A stretch of DNA of 59,923 nucleotides, filler included. It is 5 parts of 5 records of this genome, joined end to end, with 100 filler letters (N's around TTAATTAATTAA, not from the genome) between each part and the next. Parts side by side here need not be neighbours in the genome. Positions count along the whole stretch, not along the records: positions 25,046 to 38,848 come from SRR22947727_590; positions 38,949 to 46,573 come from SRR22947727_591; 3 more parts are not named here. One strand, given 5' to 3'. The notes under the pieces are model-generated. The model was not told the DNA's origin. It made no database searches and saw only the letters and a list, made by a program, of their open reading frames with translations. The position numbers and the translations under genes are program-made. This document shows, in pieces, positions 31,535-41,065 of the stretch (positions are counted from its first letter, which is position 1; each line of letters starts with the position of its first letter).

Positions 31535-32320
31535 TTAAAAACCAAAAATATAAAGATAGACTGCAGGAATAACAAAAATATAGCCATCAAAACGGTCAAG
31601 CAAGCCGCCATGGCCGGGTAGAATAGACCCGCTATCTTTGACACCTAGCTGGCGTTTTACCGCCGATTCCATCAAATCGCCCGCCTGCGAAAGCCCGCCA
31701 ATCAACAGACCCATAATCAAAGCATCTGTTAAATCATCAATACCAAATGTTGATGCGACCAAAGCTGTCACTGCCATTGCCGCAACAAGCCCGCCAATAC
31801 TGCCCGAAATGGTTTTATTAGGGCTAACACGCGGCCATAACTTCGGCCCGCCAACGCGGCGGCCAACGAAATAGGCAGCACTGTCACAAGCGGCAACGAT
31901 GGCCGCAAGCGCAACCAGCATAATATGACCCGATGGTTGGGATAACAACAAACCACCACTGGCAAGGCAAAGACATAGCAAACCGACAAACAGACCGGCC
32001 AAACGATTGCGAAAAACACCTACGATGAATGCCGCGATAAGCCCAGCAACCAAAAGCGTCGAACCAACATTCATGGTTAAAGAAAGGCCAAACATCCAAT
32101 GGGGCGCGGATTGAACGGTAATCAAAGCCACAACCATCAAACCAGCAAAAAATGGCAGGTCGGTAATGCGTTTTACCTCAAGCCCCATCAGACAGCCAAG
32201 ACAGACAAAGATAACACCAGCAGCCATCTGATCGAACCAGACCAGCGCAACAACAGGAACCAGTAACAACGCCCCATAAACCCGACGCAGCGTTCCTGAT
32301 GATTTGGCTAAATCGGTCAA
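31535..32320 (-). CDS. cdsA: Phosphatidate cytidylyltransferase
   Basis: Multi-TM; DSAAYFVG, SPNKT, GDLMESAVKR..GVKDSG.ILPGHGGLLDRFD. Confidence 0.96.
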   Translation of the reverse strand: MTDLAKSSGTLRRVYGALLLVPVVALVWFDQMAAGVIFVCLGCLMGLEVKRITDLPFFAGLMVVALITVQSAPHWMFGLSLTMNVGSTLLVAGLIAAFIVGVFRNRLAGLFVGLLCLCLASGGLLLSQPSGHIMLVALAAIVAACDSAAYFVGRRVGGPKLWPRVSPNKTISGSIGGLVAAMAVTALVASTFGIDDLTDALIMGLLIGGLSQAGDLMESAVKRQLGVKDSGSILPGHGGLLDRFDGYIFVIPAVYLYIFGF

Positions 32321-33063
32321 GCTAGATCACTTTTCACCATGTGAAGCTGATGAATTTCGCCTGAATCTCCGCCAAACCGGCGCTCGCGCTTGGTGTAATC
32401 ACTAATGGCAACCGCCAAATCCTGTGCGGTGAATTCCGGCCAATATCGATCGCTGAAATGCAACTCGGCATATGACAAATCCCACAAAAGAAAATTCGAA
32501 ATACGCTGCTCGCCCCCGGTTCGGATCAACAGGTCAACCGGCGGCAGCACTCTTGTCGAAAGGCGTGATTTCAGCAAATCATCATTCACCTGACTGGCTT
32601 TCAGCAAACCGGACTCAACCTCATATGCAATTTGTGTGGCCGCCGCCGTCAGATCCTGACGCCCACCATAATCAAGCGCAACGGTCAGGTTCAGCCCTGT
32701 ATTCATTGCCGAAGATTTTTCAACATCAATAATTGCATCTCGAAGGTCATCCGAGAACCGGTCGCGTCGTCCGATGATTCGAAGCCGAATATTATTGTCG
32801 ATCAGCTCTTTTGACCGGGTAAGGATAAACCGTTTCATCAGAACCATAAGCCCCTTGACCTCGGCGGCCGGACGCCGCCAATTTTCCGATGAGAAGGCAA
32901 ATACCGTCAACCATTCAATTTTCTGGTCAAGGGCAGCGCGGCTAATGGACTCAAGCGTATCCGCGCCCTGGTGATGGCCTTTTAGCACCTCAAATCCATG
33001 TGCATGCGCCCAACGGCGATTGCCATCCATGATAATTGCCAGATGATATAAATTCTTTTGCAT
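32317..33063 (-). CDS. uppS: Undecaprenyl diphosphate synthase
   Basis: HLAIIMDGNRRWA, FAFSSENWRRP, YGGR, IRTGGEQRISNFLLW. Confidence 0.97.
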   Translation of the reverse strand: MQKNLYHLAIIMDGNRRWAHAHGFEVLKGHHQGADTLESISRAALDQKIEWLTVFAFSSENWRRPAAEVKGLMVLMKRFILTRSKELIDNNIRLRIIGRRDRFSDDLRDAIIDVEKSSAMNTGLNLTVALDYGGRQDLTAAATQIAYEVESGLLKASQVNDDLLKSRLSTRVLPPVDLLIRTGGEQRISNFLLWDLSYAELHFSDRYWPEFTAQDLAVAISDYTKRERRFGGDSGEIHQLHMVKSDLA

Positions 33064-33097
33064 CGTCTCACCCCTCAGAAATTAGACAACTCGCAAC

Positions 33098-33655
33098 TTA
33101 TACTTGCGTTATTTCTTTTTCCTTATGGGAAAGGGCATCATCAACTTTTTTGACAAATTCATCGGTTAATTTTTGAACCTGACTTTCCTGCGTATGGCGA
33201 TCATCCTCGGAAATCAGCCCTTCTTTTTCGGCTTTGCGCGCGGTTTCAATCCCATCGCGACGAATATTGCGGATGGCAACACGACACCCCTCGGCATAGC
33301 GACCGGCGACTTTCACCATATCTTTTCGGCGCTCTTCTGACAGATCAGGGATCGGCACCCGGATAAGATTGCCTTCGGTTGACGGGTTGAGGCCCAGATC
33401 AGATTCACGGATCGCCTTTTCAACCGAAGATGCCATGCCAGCATCCCAAACCGAAACCGTCAAAAGCCGTGGCTCGGGCGCTGAAATATTACCAACTTGA
33501 TTCATTGGCATCTTTGACCCATAGGCATCAACCATGATTGGCTCGAGCATTCCGGTTGACGCACGGCCAGCCCGAAGCCCCATAAATTCGGTTTGAAGAC
33601 TTGCCAGACTTGCGTCCATGCGGCGCTGAATATCATTCATATCAAGTTCTGCCAT
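33098..33655 (-). CDS. frr: Ribosome recycling factor
   Basis: LRAGRAS, LGLNP, PDLSEERRK, IRNIRRD, KEKEITQV; start moved to MAELD, preceded by an AAGGA RBS. Confidence 0.97.
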   Translation of the reverse strand: MAELDMNDIQRRMDASLASLQTEFMGLRAGRASTGMLEPIMVDAYGSKMPMNQVGNISAPEPRLLTVSVWDAGMASSVEKAIRESDLGLNPSTEGNLIRVPIPDLSEERRKDMVKVAGRYAEGCRVAIRNIRRDGIETARKAEKEGLISEDDRHTQESQVQKLTDEFVKKVDDALSHKEKEITQV

Positions 33656-33669
33656 GGTTATATCCTTTA

Positions 33670-33697
33670 TCTTGATCGGGTGGTCTTGATCAGGTGG
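33670..33697. repeat. Two-copy 14-bp tandem repeat in the pyrH-frr spacer
   Basis: tcttgatcgggtgg / tcttgatcaggtgg, 13 of 14 identical. Confidence 0.7.
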
Positions 33698-33725
33698 GCT
33701 TGCCCGCTTTAATCGATAATTTAGC

Positions 33726-34460
33726 TTAAGAAACGATGGTGAAACGTCCCTCATGTTTGACAACGCGTTCAAATTCACCGGGCGTTTCAATGGAAAATAC
33801 CAGAATGGGAATGTTATTTTCGCGTGACAAGGCAATGGCTGATGCGTCCATTACGCGCAAATCATCGGTTAGCACCTGCATATAGCTAACCCGGTCATAG
33901 CGTTTGGCATCTTTATTCTTTTCCGGATCTTCGGAATAAACACCATCGACTCTGGTGCCTTTCAACAAGGCCTGACAATTCATCTCGGATGCGCGCAATG
34001 CCGCTGCTGTGTCGGTGGTAAAAAACGGATTGCCCGTACCAGCGGCAAAAATAACCACCCGTCCCTTTTCAAGATGGCGGGTGGCACGGCGGCGAATATA
34101 TGGTTCACATACGGCGCTAATCGTCAGCGCGGATTGGACACGAACCGGAACATCAATCTGTTCAAGCGCATTTTGCATGGCAAGCGCATTCATCACGGTT
34201 GCCAGCATGCCCATATAATCGCCAGTGGCGCGTTCCATACCGGCAGCGGCGCCTGACATGCCACGGAAAATATTGCCGCCACCAATGACGAGGCATACCT
34301 CGACACCTGTGGCGACAACGTCTTTGACCTGCTGTGCAACGGTTCCGACCATTTCGGGATCAATACCATAGGGAAGCTTTCCCATAAGCGATTCACCGGA
34401 AATTTTCAGCATCACCCGACTATAGACATGCGGTGATGCAGGTTTGGACGGCTTTGTCAC
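33726..34460 (-). CDS. pyrH: Uridylate kinase
   Basis: [38 protein letters not shown]. Confidence 0.97.
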   Translation of the reverse strand: MTKPSKPASPHVYSRVMLKISGESLMGKLPYGIDPEMVGTVAQQVKDVVATGVEVCLVIGGGNIFRGMSGAAAGMERATGDYMGMLATVMNALAMQNALEQIDVPVRVQSALTISAVCEPYIRRRATRHLEKGRVVIFAAGTGNPFFTTDTAAALRASEMNCQALLKGTRVDGVYSEDPEKNKDAKRYDRVSYMQVLTDDLRVMDASAIALSRENNIPILVFSIETPGEFERVVKHEGRFTIVS

Positions 34461-34502
34461 TGGCAGATTACTCCCTTTAATGGGTTGATATCCGAACCTG
34501 AT

Positions 34503-35420
34503 CTATGAAAGCTGCGCAGCAACCTCGGCAGCAAAATCAGATTCTTCACGCTCGACACCTTCACCCAGATTAAACCGGACAAATGCCTTTAGCGCAATAT
34601 CAGCGCCTGCATCTTTTCCAGCTTTTGCAATCACGTCGGCAATGCGTGTTTCGCCATCGATCACCGAAGTCTGCTCAAGAAGCACAACTTCTTGATAATA
34701 TTTCTTCATCCGGCCTTCGACCATCTTTTCAGCAATTTCTTGTGGCTTGCCGGATGCTTTGGCCTGCTCGATCAACACATCGCGTTCGCGCGCAACGGAA
34801 TCGGCATCAAGATCTTCAACTGACAGGCTGGCAGGTGACGTCGCGGCGATATGCATCGCAATCTGTTTGCCAAGGGCGATAAGCGCCGCCTCATCAGCGG
34901 TTGATTCCAATGCAACAAGAACGCCAATTCGGCCAAGGCCGTCTGCGGTTGCATTGTGCATGTAAGGCACAACCGCACCATTGCTGACTTCAAGAAGCTG
35001 CATACGGCGCAACGACATATTCTCGCCAATGGTTGCAATCTTTTGCGTCAATTCATCAGCAACATTACGGCCGGTGCCCGGAAAATCGAGTGTTTTCAGA
35101 CCGTCAATATCAGTCGCGTTCAGCGCCAATTCGGCAAGGGCTGATACAAAACCCTGAAATTCACTGTTCCGCGCAACAAAATCAGTTTCGGCGTTCAATT
35201 CAACAACCGCACCTTTGGTGCCAGCAACTGAAATACCGACAAGGCCTTCAGCCGCAACACGGCCTGACTTCTTGGCAGCAGCGGCAAGACCTTTTGTGCG
35301 CAGCCAATCAACCGCCGCATCCATATCGCCACCAGTCTCACCAAGGGCTTTTTTACAATCCATCATGCCTGCGCCAGATTTCTCGCGCAGTTCTTTTACC
35401 AGAGCAGCAGTCACACTCAT
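34503..35420 (-). CDS. tsf: Elongation factor Ts
   Basis: [34 protein letters not shown]; start moved to MSVTAA. Confidence 0.98.
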   Translation of the reverse strand: MSVTAALVKELREKSGAGMMDCKKALGETGGDMDAAVDWLRTKGLAAAAKKSGRVAAEGLVGISVAGTKGAVVELNAETDFVARNSEFQGFVSALAELALNATDIDGLKTLDFPGTGRNVADELTQKIATIGENMSLRRMQLLEVSNGAVVPYMHNATADGLGRIGVLVALESTADEAALIALGKQIAMHIAATSPASLSVEDLDADSVARERDVLIEQAKASGKPQEIAEKMVEGRMKKYYQEVVLLEQTSVIDGETRIADVIAKAGKDAGADIALKAFVRFNLGEGVEREESDFAAEVAAQLS

Positions 35421-35525
35421 CTCATCGTTCCTTATATCAAAGACAAAGTTGATGGCGTTTGACCGCCATGTCGTAAGTTTCAAACCCGGCCAACAGAGCG
35501 CATGCCCTGCTGGCTGGATTGTGAT

Positions 35526-36374
35526 TTAGGCGCTCGCAGGCGCGTCGTCGGCTGGTGCCGATTCAGCTTGGGCAGCTTCAGCTTGGGCAGCTTCGGCTGG
35601 GGTAGCTTCGGCTGGGGCAGCTTCAAGCGCAGGCTCGACTGGTGCCTCAAGGGCTTCACCAGCGTCACCACCCGTTTTCATCAATTCGGTTTGCAAACCA
35701 TCCAGAACCGCAGCTTGGACAAGTTCACAATAAAACGTAATGGCGCGCATCGCGTCGTCATTGCCCGGAATGAGATAATCAACACCATCAGGATTGGCGT
35801 TGCTATCAACAACCGCCACAACAGGAATGCCAAGACGATTGGCTTCTTGAACAGCGATGGCCTCTTTGTTTGTATCGAGGATAAACAGCATATCAGGAAT
35901 GCCGCCCATTTCCTTGATTCCGCCAAGCGTACGCTCAAGCTTTTCCTGCTCACGAGTGATCTGGAGTGCTTCTTTTTTGGTCAGCTGGTTGATTTCACCG
36001 CTTTCAAAGCGGCTTTCAAGCTCACGCAAACGGCGAATTGATTGTGATACTGTTGCCCAGTTGGTCAACATACCGCCAAGCCAGCGATGATTGACGAAAT
36101 ACTGGCCACAATTCTGCGCTGTTTCAGCAATTTTTTCAGCCGCCGCACGTTTTGTTCCGACAAACAAGACCCGACCACCGCGTGACGTGACATCACTCAA
36201 GGCTTTCAATGCCGCATGCAGCATTGGTTGGGTTTGCTGAAGATCAAGGATATGCGTCTTGTTACGCTCGCCAAAGATGAATGTATCCATCTTTGGGTTC
36301 CAACGACGTGTGCTGTGACCAAAATGAACGCCTGCTTCAAGCATTTGGCGCATTGTAAATGTAGGGAGAGCCAT
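35526..36374 (-). CDS. rpsB: 30S ribosomal protein S2 with Ala/Glu/Pro-rich tail
   Basis: [33 protein letters not shown]; start moved to MALPTF, preceded by an AGGAG RBS. Confidence 0.98.
   Translation of the reverse strand: MALPTFTMRQMLEAGVHFGHSTRRWNPKMDTFIFGERNKTHILDLQQTQPMLHAALKALSDVTSRGGRVLFVGTKRAAAEKIAETAQNCGQYFVNHRWLGGMLTNWATVSQSIRRLRELESRFESGEINQLTKKEALQITREQEKLERTLGGIKEMGGIPDMLFILDTNKEAIAVQEANRLGIPVVAVVDSNANPDGVDYLIPGNDDAMRAITFYCELVQAAVLDGLQTELMKTGGDAGEALEAPVEPALEAAPAEATPAEAAQAEAAQAESAPADDAPASA
35563..35626 (-). repeat. Imperfect 15-nt tandem repeat encoding the S2 tail ([20 protein letters not shown])
   Basis: Recurring gcagcttc(a/g)gct(t/g)gg units at 15-nt period. Confidence 0.8.
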
Positions 36375-36490
36375 TAAGTTTACTCCTGTTCTCCGGTTGA
36401 ACCTCCATGAGGGAAATGAAAGGCTTATGCCCTCACCGGATGGCCCATCACGCAGAATTTGCTGCGTGGGGGCCGCCCCCATGTGTGAAT
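36375..36490 (-). promoter_or_regulatory. rpsB 5' leader (t44-like S2 autoregulatory RNA)
   Basis: Minus strand reads CACACAUGGGGG...CCGGUG...CCCUCAUGGAGGUUCAACCGG, with a closing stem and the layout I recall for t44/rpsB leaders; possible promoter TTGATT-N17-TATCAC at 36527-36499. Confidence 0.75.
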
Positions 36491-36586
36491 TAGGCTGGGT
36501 GATACTATCAACCTGCCGAAAAATCAAGTCTTACCCGCCAAAAATGACGATATTTCGCAACCCTGCCAAATGCAGACCGATTGCCA

Positions 36587-38848
36587 TTATAATTCACGAA
36601 CATTCAAAATTCCGGGCATGCGCCGCAATTCCTGCCGCAAATCACCGCTTAGTTTAAAACGACCCGGAAGCCCGATACAGACTTCCTGTCCTTTTACGAT
36701 CAGCTGGATCTTGACCTCAGCCTTACCGGGCCCGTCTGATTTCAAGGCTTCTTTCAGTGATTTCAACGGCTTTTCATCCTGCACCCACAAAGCCACGCCG
36801 CCGTGCCACGCGGCAATGGCATCATCAAGCAGTAGAACCCGCGCCGCCAACAGGCGCGGCCCGTTATCTTCGACCTTCAAATTGGCTGAAATCAGCAATG
36901 GCTTTTCCGAATCAAGAAGGTCATTTGCTTCAGCAAGAACATCTGAAAAGAAGGTCACTTCAAAAACGCCAGTTTGATCGGTAAATTGAATAAAGGCAAA
37001 TCGATTACCGCGTTGCGAGACACGCACCTGTTTCGCCGTGACCGAACCGGCAAGATTAACGCGTTGCGGTCCCTGCCCTGCCGTCACCAAATCATTTAAC
37101 GCCGCATGTGATGTAACCCGAAGCCGGCCAAGCTGGCTTGCATAGCTATCAAGCGGGTGCGCCGACAAATAGAGACCAAGCGCGTCAAATTCTTCTTTCA
37201 GGCGATCCATACCCACCCAATCATTGGTTCGGCGAAGGCGGATACTGTCATCAATTACATCCGAATCACCACCAAACAGGCTAACCTGATTGGATTCGGC
37301 TTCGCGGCGCATCGCATCGGCATGCAATAGGATTAAATCCATATTTTCGATCAATTCGCGGCGATTGCCGTGAATGTTATCAAGCGCCCCTGCCCGCACA
37401 AGATTTTCCATCTGGCGCCGGTTAACCACCTCGCGCGGTAATCTTTGCAAAAGATCCTTCAATGAGGTGAAAGCCCCATCGGCTTTTCGAATTTCGGTTA
37501 GACGACTCATCGCCTCAGCACCAACATTTTTAATTGCCGACAAGGCGTAGCGAACCGCTAATTCCGGCGTGCCGCTGGCCGAAGCGACCTCTTCAACCGC
37601 AAATCCTGATGATGATTTATTGATATCAGGCGACAGAACGCCAATGTTCTTTTGCTGACATTCTTGCCGGAATACCGCCAGTTTTTCAGTATTACCCGCA
37701 TCAAGTGCCATTGAGGCAGCAAGAAACTCAACAGGATAGTTCGCCTTCAGATAGGCCGTTTGGTATGACACCAGCGCATAGGCCGCCGCGTGCGATTTGT
37801 TAAAGCCATAACCAGCAAAGGCCGCGATCTGTTCGAACACATCCGATGCCAATTGTTCGGACAAGCCATGTTTTGTTGCACCAGTAATGAAAATCTGGCG
37901 CTGCTCATCCATTTCCTCTTTGATCTTTTTTCCCATCGCACGGCGCAAAATATCAGCTGCACCAAGCGTGTAATCGGCAAGTACACGCGCCGCCTGCTGC
38001 ACCTGTTCCTGATAGATCATAATGCCATAGGTTTCGGCCAGAACCGGTTCGAGATCGGGATGCATATAGGTGATTTGTGATGGGTCATGCTTTCGCGCGA
38101 CATAATCTTTGATATTTTCCATCGGGCCTGGACGGTAAAGTGCCACAACCGCAATAATATCTTCAAACCGGTCAGGCTTTAGCCCGCGAAGAACGTCGCG
38201 CATGCCACTGGATTCCAGCTGGAACACGCCAACCGTGTCACCATTTGACAGCATGTCAAAGGTCAGCTTGTCATCAAGCGGGATTGCGCCAAGATCAAGT
38301 TCAATGCCCCGCTTGCCAATAAATTCAACAGCTCGTTGCAAAACGGTCAGGGTTTTCAGACCCAGAAAGTCAAATTTGACAAGCCCGGCCTTTTCAACCC
38401 ATTTCATATTGAATTGCGTTACCGGCATATCCGATCGTGGGTCGCGATAAAGCGGCACCAGCTCGGCAAGAGGCCGGTCACCGATCACCAAACCCGCCGC
38501 ATGCGTCGAGGCGTGCCGATAAAGCCCTTCAAGCTTCATTGACACATTGATCAAATCAGCAACCTGCTCATCTTCACGGCGTTGTTTGCGCAATTCCTCT
38601 TCCGAGGCGATCGCTTGCGCAATCGTCGTAGGTTTGGCGGGATTATTGGGAATCAGTTTTGCAATCCGGTCAACCTGACCATAGGGCATTTCAAGAACAC
38701 GCCCCACATCGCGAAGCGCGGCACGCGCCTGCAATGATCCAAAGGTGATGATTTGCGCAACCTTGTCATGTCCATATTTCTCTTGAACATAGCTAATCAC
38801 CTCGTCGCGCCGATCCTGACAAAAATCAATATCAAAATCAGGCATTGA
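36587..38848 (-). CDS. dnaE: DNA polymerase III alpha subunit, C-terminal portion (5' end cut by contig boundary)
   Basis: SMPDFDIDF, HAAG, KFDFLGLKTL, GVFQLES, LYRPGP, YGFNKSH, OB fold. Confidence 0.98.
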   Translation of the reverse strand, partial: SMPDFDIDFCQDRRDEVISYVQEKYGHDKVAQIITFGSLQARAALRDVGRVLEMPYGQVDRIAKLIPNNPAKPTTIAQAIASEEELRKQRREDEQVADLINVSMKLEGLYRHASTHAAGLVIGDRPLAELVPLYRDPRSDMPVTQFNMKWVEKAGLVKFDFLGLKTLTVLQRAVEFIGKRGIELDLGAIPLDDKLTFDMLSNGDTVGVFQLESSGMRDVLRGLKPDRFEDIIAVVALYRPGPMENIKDYVARKHDPSQITYMHPDLEPVLAETYGIMIYQEQVQQAARVLADYTLGAADILRRAMGKKIKEEMDEQRQIFITGATKHGLSEQLASDVFEQIAAFAGYGFNKSHAAAYALVSYQTAYLKANYPVEFLAASMALDAGNTEKLAVFRQECQQKNIGVLSPDINKSSSGFAVEEVASASGTPELAVRYALSAIKNVGAEAMSRLTEIRKADGAFTSLKDLLQRLPREVVNRRQMENLVRAGALDNIHGNRRELIENMDLILLHADAMRREAESNQVSLFGGDSDVIDDSIRLRRTNDWVGMDRLKEEFDALGLYLSAHPLDSYASQLGRLRVTSHAALNDLVTAGQGPQRVNLAGSVTAKQVRVSQRGNRFAFIQFTDQTGVFEVTFFSDVLAEANDLLDSEKPLLISANLKVEDNGPRLLAARVLLLDDAIAAWHGGVALWVQDEKPLKSLKEALKSDGPGKAEVKIQLIVKGQEVCIGLPGRFKLSGDLRQELRRMPGILNVREL

Positions 38849-38948
38849 NNNNNNNNNNNNNNNNNNNNNNNNNNNNNNNNNNNNNNNNNNNNTTAATTAA
38901 TTAANNNNNNNNNNNNNNNNNNNNNNNNNNNNNNNNNNNNNNNNNNNN
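38849..38948. other. Artificial contig linker
   Basis: N44-TTAATTAATTAA-N44. Confidence 0.99.
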
Positions 38949-39056
38949 GGTTCCGCAGATGTGAAAGAGAGCCTTTTTCGGGGAAAACGAAAGTGTCACA
39001 TCTACGAAAGGCTCATTTGATTTGAAGCGCGAACGAAGCGAACTTTGGTTACCTTT

Positions 39057-41027
39057 ATGAGACGACTCCACGTTGCTGCCGCTTCCTTGAACCAAATCCC
39101 GCTTGATTGGGATGGAAATCGCGACCGGATTGTTGGAGCTATTTCCGCCGCCCGCGACAACGGCGTACAAATCCTGTGTTTGCCGGAATTGGCAATCACG
39201 GGCTACGGCTGTGAAGACATGTTCCTTGCGCCGGAAATGGGGAAGTCAGCGTTTGAGGTTCTCAGAGAGGTTGCTGCAAAATGTGAAGAGATCACCGTTG
39301 CGGTCGGTCTACCGATTTGGTTTCAGAGTTCGGTTTTCAATGCGGTTGCTCTGATCGTCGACACTGAAATTATTGGGATCGTCTGCAAACAAAATCTGGC
39401 AGGTGACGGGCTGCATTACGAGCCGCGTTGGTTCAAACCATGGCCGGTCGACATCGTTGACACTTATGAAACAGAAGGCGGCGACTGGATTCCAATTGGT
39501 GATCTCGTTTTCGATATTAGCGGTATTCGGGTTGGATTTGAAGTCTGTGAAGATGCGTGGGTCGCTGAGCGTCCCGGTTCGCGGTTGGCACGGCGCGGAG
39601 TCGATCTGATTTTGAATCCCAGTGCGAGCCATTTTGCGTTCGGCAAGCAGGCGGTGCGAGAACGCTTTGTCCTTGAGGGATCGCGGGCGTTTGCCTGCGC
39701 GTATGTCTATGCAAACCTGCTTGGCAACGAGGCGGGACGAATTATTTACGATGGGGGAACGGTGATCGCGAGCGGCGGCAAACTGGTTTCAACGGGGAGG
39801 CGATTTTCGTTTAAGGATTTTGTGCTGACTCAAGCCGTGGTTGATATCGGGCTTTCAAGAATGCACCAGGCCCGTCAGGCGAGTCACCGACCGGCTTTGG
39901 GCGAAGATCACCAAGACACCATTTTGGTAGCGGCTGATCACTTAAAAAAGAAGACCTCTTCGGCCGCGATCGGCGGTGAACAATTTGATCGAATTTATTC
40001 AAAGGAAGAAGAGTTCACTAAAGCAATGGCGTTGGGGCTTTTCGACTATTTGCGGAAATCGTATTCGCAGGGGTTCGTGGTGTCGCTGAGTGGCGGGGCT
40101 GATTCAGCTGCGTGTGCGGTGTTGGTAAAGTTGATGGTCGATCTCTCGGTTGCCGAGCTGGGCGAAGATGGTTTTCACAAAAAGTTGAGCCACATCGATT
40201 TCGGAAAAGCTGAACGAGTTGAGCGTCTTCTGGGAAGCGTTTATCAGGCGACTCGAAACAGCGGGGACGTGACGCTAAACGCGGCGAAGACGATCGCGGC
40301 TGCTATCGGTGCAGAATTTCAGGTTTGGGATATCGATGCCCTCGTAGTTGGCTATCGCGAGATGGTTGAAAAGGGGATCGGTCGGAAATTGAAATGGGAG
40401 ACCGACGACATCACGCTCCAAAATATTCAGGCCCGAACCCGCGCCCCGGGAGTCTGGATGCTGACAAATATTCGCAACGCGTTACTGCTTGCGACCAGTA
40501 ATCGCTCTGAAGCGGCCGTCGGATACGCGACGATGGATGGAGATACCTGCGGCGGGATCAGTCCAATTTCGGGAATCGACAAGGCTTTTCTCCGAATCTG
40601 GCTGCGGTGGCTGGAAACAGAAGGCAGTGACGAAATTAACACAATCCCTGAGCTCGATTGCATCAACAAACAGGCGCCCACGGCTGAATTGCGACCTCAG
40701 TCGGAAAATCAAACGGACGAGGGCGATTTGATGCCGTATCCGATTCTGGATGCGATCGAAAAGCTGGCGATTCGAGACAAGAAATTGCCGCTCGATGTTT
40801 TTGAAGTCATGACGGAGGAATTCGGCGAGAAGTACTCAGCCTCAGATATGAAAATCTGGGTGACGCGGTTTTTCCGATTGTGGACTCGCAACCAGTGGAA
40901 ACGCGAGCGATACGCGCCGGGGTTTCATCTCGATGATGAAAATCTTGATCCAAAAACGTGGTGTCGATTCCCAATTTTGAGCAGTGGGTTTGCCCGCGAA
41001 TTGGCGGCGCTTGCTGAGCTTGATTGA
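39057..41027 (+). CDS. nadE: Glutamine-dependent NAD+ synthetase
   Basis: Nitrilase domain (PEL, CKQNL, VCED) fused to the synthetase domain (SLSGGADS, QNIQAR, TSNRSE, PTAELRP, TDEGDLMPY); ATG at 39057. Confidence 0.95.
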   Translation: MRRLHVAAASLNQIPLDWDGNRDRIVGAISAARDNGVQILCLPELAITGYGCEDMFLAPEMGKSAFEVLREVAAKCEEITVAVGLPIWFQSSVFNAVALIVDTEIIGIVCKQNLAGDGLHYEPRWFKPWPVDIVDTYETEGGDWIPIGDLVFDISGIRVGFEVCEDAWVAERPGSRLARRGVDLILNPSASHFAFGKQAVRERFVLEGSRAFACAYVYANLLGNEAGRIIYDGGTVIASGGKLVSTGRRFSFKDFVLTQAVVDIGLSRMHQARQASHRPALGEDHQDTILVAADHLKKKTSSAAIGGEQFDRIYSKEEEFTKAMALGLFDYLRKSYSQGFVVSLSGGADSAACAVLVKLMVDLSVAELGEDGFHKKLSHIDFGKAERVERLLGSVYQATRNSGDVTLNAAKTIAAAIGAEFQVWDIDALVVGYREMVEKGIGRKLKWETDDITLQNIQARTRAPGVWMLTNIRNALLLATSNRSEAAVGYATMDGDTCGGISPISGIDKAFLRIWLRWLETEGSDEINTIPELDCINKQAPTAELRPQSENQTDEGDLMPYPILDAIEKLAIRDKKLPLDVFEVMTEEFGEKYSASDMKIWVTRFFRLWTRNQWKRERYAPGFHLDDENLDPKTWCRFPILSSGFARELAALAELD

Positions 41028-41065
41028 TCGAGTAATCCCCAGACTTCGAAATCGGAAAGAAAAGA

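Noticed and set aside
35421..35525. Hairpins in the rpsB-tsf spacer (ATGGCG/CGCCAT and a longer imperfect stem)
   Set aside because: Structure in this spacer is ordinary, and there is no clear U-tract to call a terminator
36587..38848. dnaE apparently starting at MPDFDIDF, considered as a split or intein-containing DnaE
   Set aside because: The gene is simply cut by the contig end; no intein motifs seen
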